Source: Kiritimatiellia bacterium (GTDB lineage Bacteria > Verrucomicrobiota > Kiritimatiellia > JAAZAB01). From it: a stretch of DNA of 31,148 nt. Location: positions 1 to 31,148 of the forward strand of contig JAXGPF010000022.1 of assembly GCA_040767085.1 (NCBI GenBank), written 5' to 3'. Positions 26,642-31,148 of this stretch are shown here, piece by piece (the first letter of the stretch is position 1; each line of letters starts with the position of its first letter). The notes beneath the pieces were generated by a model. The model did not search any database. It saw nothing but the letters and a program-made list of their open reading frames with translations, and was not told where the DNA came from. The position numbers and the translations under genes were made by a program.

Positions 26642-29600
26642 AATCCGTCGCTTCCATGCCACTTTCCAACTGCATGGCATCCACCCATACTGTTCCCTTC
26701 AGGGAAAAGAAACGCACCCCGGCATTATACGTAAGCCCGGGCGGCATGTTGCCCTTGATGACATAACGCCGCCAGTTGGTTGTCAGGCAAATGGATGGTG
26801 ATTCCCATCCCCAATAGACGGTGGGCATTGACACCCGCGCATTGCTTGAGTCGCCGCGCATGTAAGCCGAAAACACAAAAGGTTCCGGTTGCTCAACCGC
26901 CGGCGCCAGTTTTAAGTGCACGCCCGTCTTGCGTTCCCGGGCTTCCATTCTGAAGCAGTATTTTCCCTCATACGGATTGCTCGTATCCAAGGCCATGGGA
27001 TATTCCGCCATGCCCCAACGGCAATTTGGCGGAGTCAACCTGAATGGCCATACATAATCCGGCATTCCCGGCAGGGTTGTCTTTTCAAATCCCGGGTTGG
27101 GCAGGATGTTTTTCCGTTCCGGCCGGCCGGTCACGGGAATAGCCGGCTCTTCAACCACGGCTTGGTCTGGATAACCGATCATACTGACGGCAACCTTGAC
27201 CGGCGCGCCCGGAACGGGAACGGCCAAAGGCAGCATATAGGCGCGCGTGGCATATGGCGGCAATATTTCCGAGAATGCGTTTTGACTGACCGGATATTTG
27301 GCATCATCAAACAGGCGTTCAACCATGGCATTGGTTTTCAACCCGTCCATCGAATACACCGTTTTAACCGGATAATTGCGGCTGTTGGCCGCCAAAAGAA
27401 TCCAGCCGTCTTCCGGATGCCGGCATATCCGTACCTGCACGTCAGGGAAAGCGCCTCGCGCAGGGTCTCCGGGCGCCGGTTCATAAACAATATCGGCGGC
27501 CGGCGGCGGCGCCAGCAAAGCCGGCTCCATTTTTTTTATTTGCCCGGCCAATTCGCTTAGCGCTTGAAACACCGCCTGGTGATACAAGGGGTAAGCAAAA
27601 TAGAACAGTCCTTTGGCGCCATGAATCAGCGCCAGGTAGGTTTGACAATACTGTTCGGCTGGATTAATCTGGCGTTTGGGATTGCAACCCCAGGTTTCCG
27701 CCATGGGAATAATCATTGCCGGTTTATGAATTCTCCGGGCCCGTTCCACCGTCAACCAGGTGATCTTGGACACATAATTCGGCGTGCCGCGATGAACTTT
27801 TCCTGCCGGCCACCAATAGGGATCGGTCAGAAGTACATCGCACCAGTCAACCCACTCGTCGCCCGGAGGTATGTATGAAGAAAAATTGAGAAAGGTTGGA
27901 TGAGTTCCGTCGGTCTCAATTGTTTTACGGTAGATTTGACGTCCCCACCTATACATATCAACCGAATCACCGCTATTGGGTTCGTCCAGCGTGCAATATC
28001 CCATCAAAGCCTGATTGGTCTTCGCAGTAGCGATGCTTTCAACAATGTAAGGCAGATTGCTTTGATAACCCGCGTCAAACATAGCCTGGCGCTCCGGCTT
28101 GGACAGGCCTTTGCCGTGCAAAACCTTTCCACGCAAACGCAACAGGCTTGCAGCTTCCGGCGCATGATAGCCGTCAAGATTATCAATCACCGCCAGTCCG
28201 GCTTGTCCGGCCAAGGCAAGCAGCGCGCGCGTTTTTTCCGGCTGCAGATTAAAACTGAATTCGACGATGGTGTTGAATCCGGCGCCGGCAATGTCGCCAA
28301 TCGCGGCTTCTAGGTCAGCGTCACCTTTCCCCCAGCTTCCCGGTACACAAATCAAGCCAAAAGGGAAAAACGGCTTGCCGTTCTGCAATAGCGTCCCGTT
28401 GCGCCGGTCGGTTTTCCATGCAACGCCGGATTCCGAATCCCGCCGTACAAGCCACACGTCCTGCCGTGCAATTAAACCGCCGTCGTTCCCGGTTAACTGC
28501 ACTGTGGCAATATTCAATCCCGGCTTAAGATCGCTAACCGGAACAGCCAGCGTTGTTTCCTTGCCGGCAACGGATGACTGCGCCAGGGAATGCCCATTAA
28601 CGTCCAGCACATTCAACTGCAGCGCGGAATAATCCGCCGCTGGCACATTTACGCTCACAGCCACATCCGCCTGTTTTTCGCCGGAATAAGAAGACAAATC
28701 CGGATATGCTTGCAATAATTCCAAATTTCGCAAATCTTCGCCTTCCAACCATTCCGAATGGAACTCCTCGCCGCTCGCGGTATCTCGTAACGCTACCCTA
28801 ATCGCGCGCTTCGCCGGCGCTGATACCGGTACCTGTACCGCAACCGCCTGCGGTGCGCGGCCGGTGACGGCAAAGACCGTTGTGGCAGTGGCGGCAACTC
28901 CCAAGGCCGGATAATCCATCACTGCCAGTTCAACGGACCCGGTCTGACCATGCGGCTCGGCAATCTCGGCTTGAACGGCATAAACATACCGATTGGAAAC
29001 AGATGCATACGGCATCACCTGCAAGCGATTAATCCGCGGGAAAAAGGCGCCGGTTGCGGCGGCGGGCAAGTCCCAGACAAAACCAAACCGTTCCGGCTCG
29101 TGAAAACCGGAATTCACAGGAGACCATGTGCTCCATTCGACTGTCTCGTCAACCCGCGCGTTGCTGGCATCCATAACCGGCAGCACCTGGTTGCGCGCGA
29201 GATTCATGCGCAAACGGGTAATATCACCCGATTTCGCCAGCAATGCCAACGGCACGGCGACTTCGGCATTCCACCCATTTGATGTAATTGCGGTGGCAGA
29301 ACGCCATTGGATATCATGGATGCATACATAGCGCTTGATATCTCGGGCCACGCATTTCTGGGCATGCACGTTGTCGGCATTGAGCATCAGATGGAAATAA
29401 ACCTCCCCGTCCGTGCCGGGATCGAGGAACAATTCCAGGGACTCGTCATCGTTGATCTTGCCATTGGTTTTCCGGGTGTTGCATTTTAATTCCCGCGGCG
29501 TCGGATGTGGCAAGGCAAAAGCCAAATACAGCCATGCCGGATCGTATGTCAGCCAGATCTTTTGCGGCGCCGTCTTGCCCGGGGATTTTACCAGATGGAA

Positions 29601-29807
29601 ACGATCCACCGTTGCGGCCATTTGCCAACAGGCATCGTTTAAATTGCCGTCAACCACCGGACTGACCCGCGCCGCCGATAGATTGACACGCGGTAATTCA
29701 ACAGACGCGGAACCGGATTGTGCCGCCCGGATTGCACCCGGGCTGGCAAAAATTCCCACAACAACTGAAAAGCGCGCCAATATCTTTTTGGTTTTATCCC
29801 ATGCCAT
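26631..29807 (-). CDS. Large secreted multidomain carbohydrate-active protein (CBM9-like N terminus, putative TIM-barrel GH core, CBM4-like C terminus)
   Basis: Signal peptide. PVVDGNLNDACW...DESLELFLDP...WNAEVAVP (CBM9-like), NGKPFFPFG, LDEPN, DPYW, YLALIHGAKGLFYF, NILPNPGFE and VWVDAMQLE. Start may be 29807 or 29819. Confidence 0.78.
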   Translation of the reverse strand: MAWDKTKKILARFSVVVGIFASPGAIRAAQSGSASVELPRVNLSAARVSPVVDGNLNDACWQMAATVDRFHLVKSPGKTAPQKIWLTYDPAWLYLAFALPHPTPRELKCNTRKTNGKINDDESLELFLDPGTDGEVYFHLMLNADNVHAQKCVARDIKRYVCIHDIQWRSATAITSNGWNAEVAVPLALLAKSGDITRLRMNLARNQVLPVMDASNARVDETVEWSTWSPVNSGFHEPERFGFVWDLPAAATGAFFPRINRLQVMPYASVSNRYVYAVQAEIAEPHGQTGSVELAVMDYPALGVAATATTVFAVTGRAPQAVAVQVPVSAPAKRAIRVALRDTASGEEFHSEWLEGEDLRNLELLQAYPDLSSYSGEKQADVAVSVNVPAADYSALQLNVLDVNGHSLAQSSVAGKETTLAVPVSDLKPGLNIATVQLTGNDGGLIARQDVWLVRRDSESGVAWKTDRRNGTLLQNGKPFFPFGLICVPGSWGKGDADLEAAIGDIAGAGFNTIVEFSFNLQPEKTRALLALAGQAGLAVIDNLDGYHAPEAASLLRLRGKVLHGKGLSKPERQAMFDAGYQSNLPYIVESIATAKTNQALMGYCTLDEPNSGDSVDMYRWGRQIYRKTIETDGTHPTFLNFSSYIPPGDEWVDWCDVLLTDPYWWPAGKVHRGTPNYVSKITWLTVERARRIHKPAMIIPMAETWGCNPKRQINPAEQYCQTYLALIHGAKGLFYFAYPLYHQAVFQALSELAGQIKKMEPALLAPPPAADIVYEPAPGDPARGAFPDVQVRICRHPEDGWILLAANSRNYPVKTVYSMDGLKTNAMVERLFDDAKYPVSQNAFSEILPPYATRAYMLPLAVPVPGAPVKVAVSMIGYPDQAVVEEPAIPVTGRPERKNILPNPGFEKTTLPGMPDYVWPFRLTPPNCRWGMAEYPMALDTSNPYEGKYCFRMEARERKTGVHLKLAPAVEQPEPFVFSAYMRGDSSNARVSMPTVYWGWESPSICLTTNWRRYVIKGNMPPGLTYNAGVRFFSLKGTVWVDAMQLESGMEATDYEP

Positions 29808-29879
29808 TGAAAACTCCATGTAATTAGACAACACCTGCATATTACGCGATGACAGCGCGACATGCACATCTCATACCGT

Positions 29880-31148
29880 TTATCTGACGGAAAAAAGCGC
29901 GCCTTCCGGAATAAAAACATATACGCCGCGCTCCGCCTGTTTTGAAAACCAACCCAGCCAGCGATGTCCTTCCAAATCGGCGACATTGGGCATCCAATCA
30001 AGATTGGTGGCCGTATTGATGCATGGCGAACCTTTGCGCAGGGTGACATCGCCGGCAAGCCAGTCTGTAAAAAGCGGATCACGGACGTCATTTCCCTGGT
30101 TGATCGGCAACGTAGCGGGCACATTGCAATACCAATAACGATTTGTGTTGGCGGCAAAATAGTTGTAGATATCATTTCCGCTTACGGCAGAATTTGAACA
30201 AATAATGGAATTTACACAAAATCCATCACGCATGAAAAGGCCGCCGCCATTTCCCCCGCAGGTATTGTTTACAATTGTGCAATTTTCCATTGCGCCCATA
30301 GTCATGATCCATTGCGATGCCCCCCCGCCCCGCGTATAAGAGTAATTGTCGCGCAATAGACAGCCGCGGAGATAACCGCCCGCGTCGAAAAACACGCCGC
30401 CGCCCTGCAATGCAAGGTTACTGCTGACAATACAACTGTAAATTGCGTTGGCTGACGTCAGCGCTACTCCGCCGCCCGAGCTGTAAGGATTGTTGGTGTC
30501 CGCCCAATTATTGCTGATCGTGCAGCGCGACATTGTGGATTCGGTGTATCTGTAAAATATTACACCGCCGCCTCTGCCTTCCACGCCATTATTATGGATG
30601 TCGCATTGTTCAATATAATTCGTGCCGTAACTAATGCCAATTCCGCCGCCGCCGGCCTGGGTTGCTTCGTTGGAAAAGGCAATATTCCCGGCGACGATGC
30701 AATTGCGGACCGTGGATATGCCATCATACAAATGAATGCCTCCTCCATATCCATTAAATGTCGAAGTTTGACCCAAAGCCCGGCCATTAGTTATGGAAAA
30801 CCCGTCAATGATGACATTGCCGTTGACATAAACACAACGGTTGGTAACCGGCTTGCCGGGATAATTGTGGCCGTCCAGGATCACATCCGCCGGATTGCCG
30901 GTTTTTCCGCAAATTACGAGATTGGTTTTAATAATTCGGATTTCATTTGTCAGATAATATGTGCCGTTGGAAACCACGATCGTATCGCCGTTCGTTGCCA
31001 GATCAACCGCCAATTGAACATTGGTGGCCGCATCGCTCCAGTTGGTGTAAGGCGGGACATTTCCCGAATATCCCGGCATGGCGACATACATAGTGCGCGC
31101 TAAACCGTCATACGGGTAAAAGCAAATTGCGGCCGATACTGCATATAA
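29880..31148 (-). CDS. Secreted right-handed beta-helix (GGG-repeat) protein, 5' end beyond the window
   Basis: PPYTNW.DAATN.Q.AVD, repeated GGG(I/V) and C.I..N motifs, and C-terminal DPLF...GSPCIN. The frame stays open to 31148 (LYAVSAAICFYPYDGLART, signal-peptide-like), so the true start is outside the window. Confidence 0.85.
   Translation of the reverse strand, partial: LYAVSAAICFYPYDGLARTMYVAMPGYSGNVPPYTNWSDAATNVQLAVDLATNGDTIVVSNGTYYLTNEIRIIKTNLVICGKTGNPADVILDGHNYPGKPVTNRCVYVNGNVIIDGFSITNGRALGQTSTFNGYGGGIHLYDGISTVRNCIVAGNIAFSNEATQAGGGGIGISYGTNYIEQCDIHNNGVEGRGGGVIFYRYTESTMSRCTISNNWADTNNPYSSGGGVALTSANAIYSCIVSSNLALQGGGVFFDAGGYLRGCLLRDNYSYTRGGGASQWIMTMGAMENCTIVNNTCGGNGGGLFMRDGFCVNSIICSNSAVSGNDIYNYFAANTNRYWYCNVPATLPINQGNDVRDPLFTDWLAGDVTLRKGSPCINTATNLDWMPNVADLEGHRWLGWFSKQAERGVYVFIPEGALFSVR

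Overview
Bacterial chromosomal window with high GC on the left and lower GC on the right. Protein architectures suggest the PVC group, possibly Kiritimatiellae or Lentisphaerae; this is an inference only. From left to right: (1) 1-2168 is the end of a degraded integrative element abutting the 3' end of a minus-strand tRNA-Arg(ACG). It holds a ParB-like remnant, a C4/CI-type antisense RNA leader with its own upstream target boxes, a hypothetical gene and a cluster of arm-type-like repeats. (2) Housekeeping block: nadA, uvrB, ssrA (tag ANTELALAA), a GtrA-family gene and an M20 peptidase. (3) A truncated, divergent rtcB copy, a secreted Zn-metalloprotease, a ROK-kinase stub and an intact rtcB. 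(4) A C10 peptidase with FG-GAP-like repeats and a secreted ankyrin protein. (5) A type I restriction-modification locus collapsed by deletions to about 1.75 kb: an hsdR'-'hsdS fusion, a RAYT transposase with GTAC-type REPs, a DprA/SLOG-like piece and hsdM fragments. (6) An fba / G1P-dehydrogenase-like / EamA operon. (7) A lower-GC, minus-strand glycan-processing operon (beta-helix protein, CBM-flanked large protein, two GH78-like enzymes, an acetyltransferase and an unknown protein) that runs off the right edge. All calls come from reading motifs by eye; no database searches were run.
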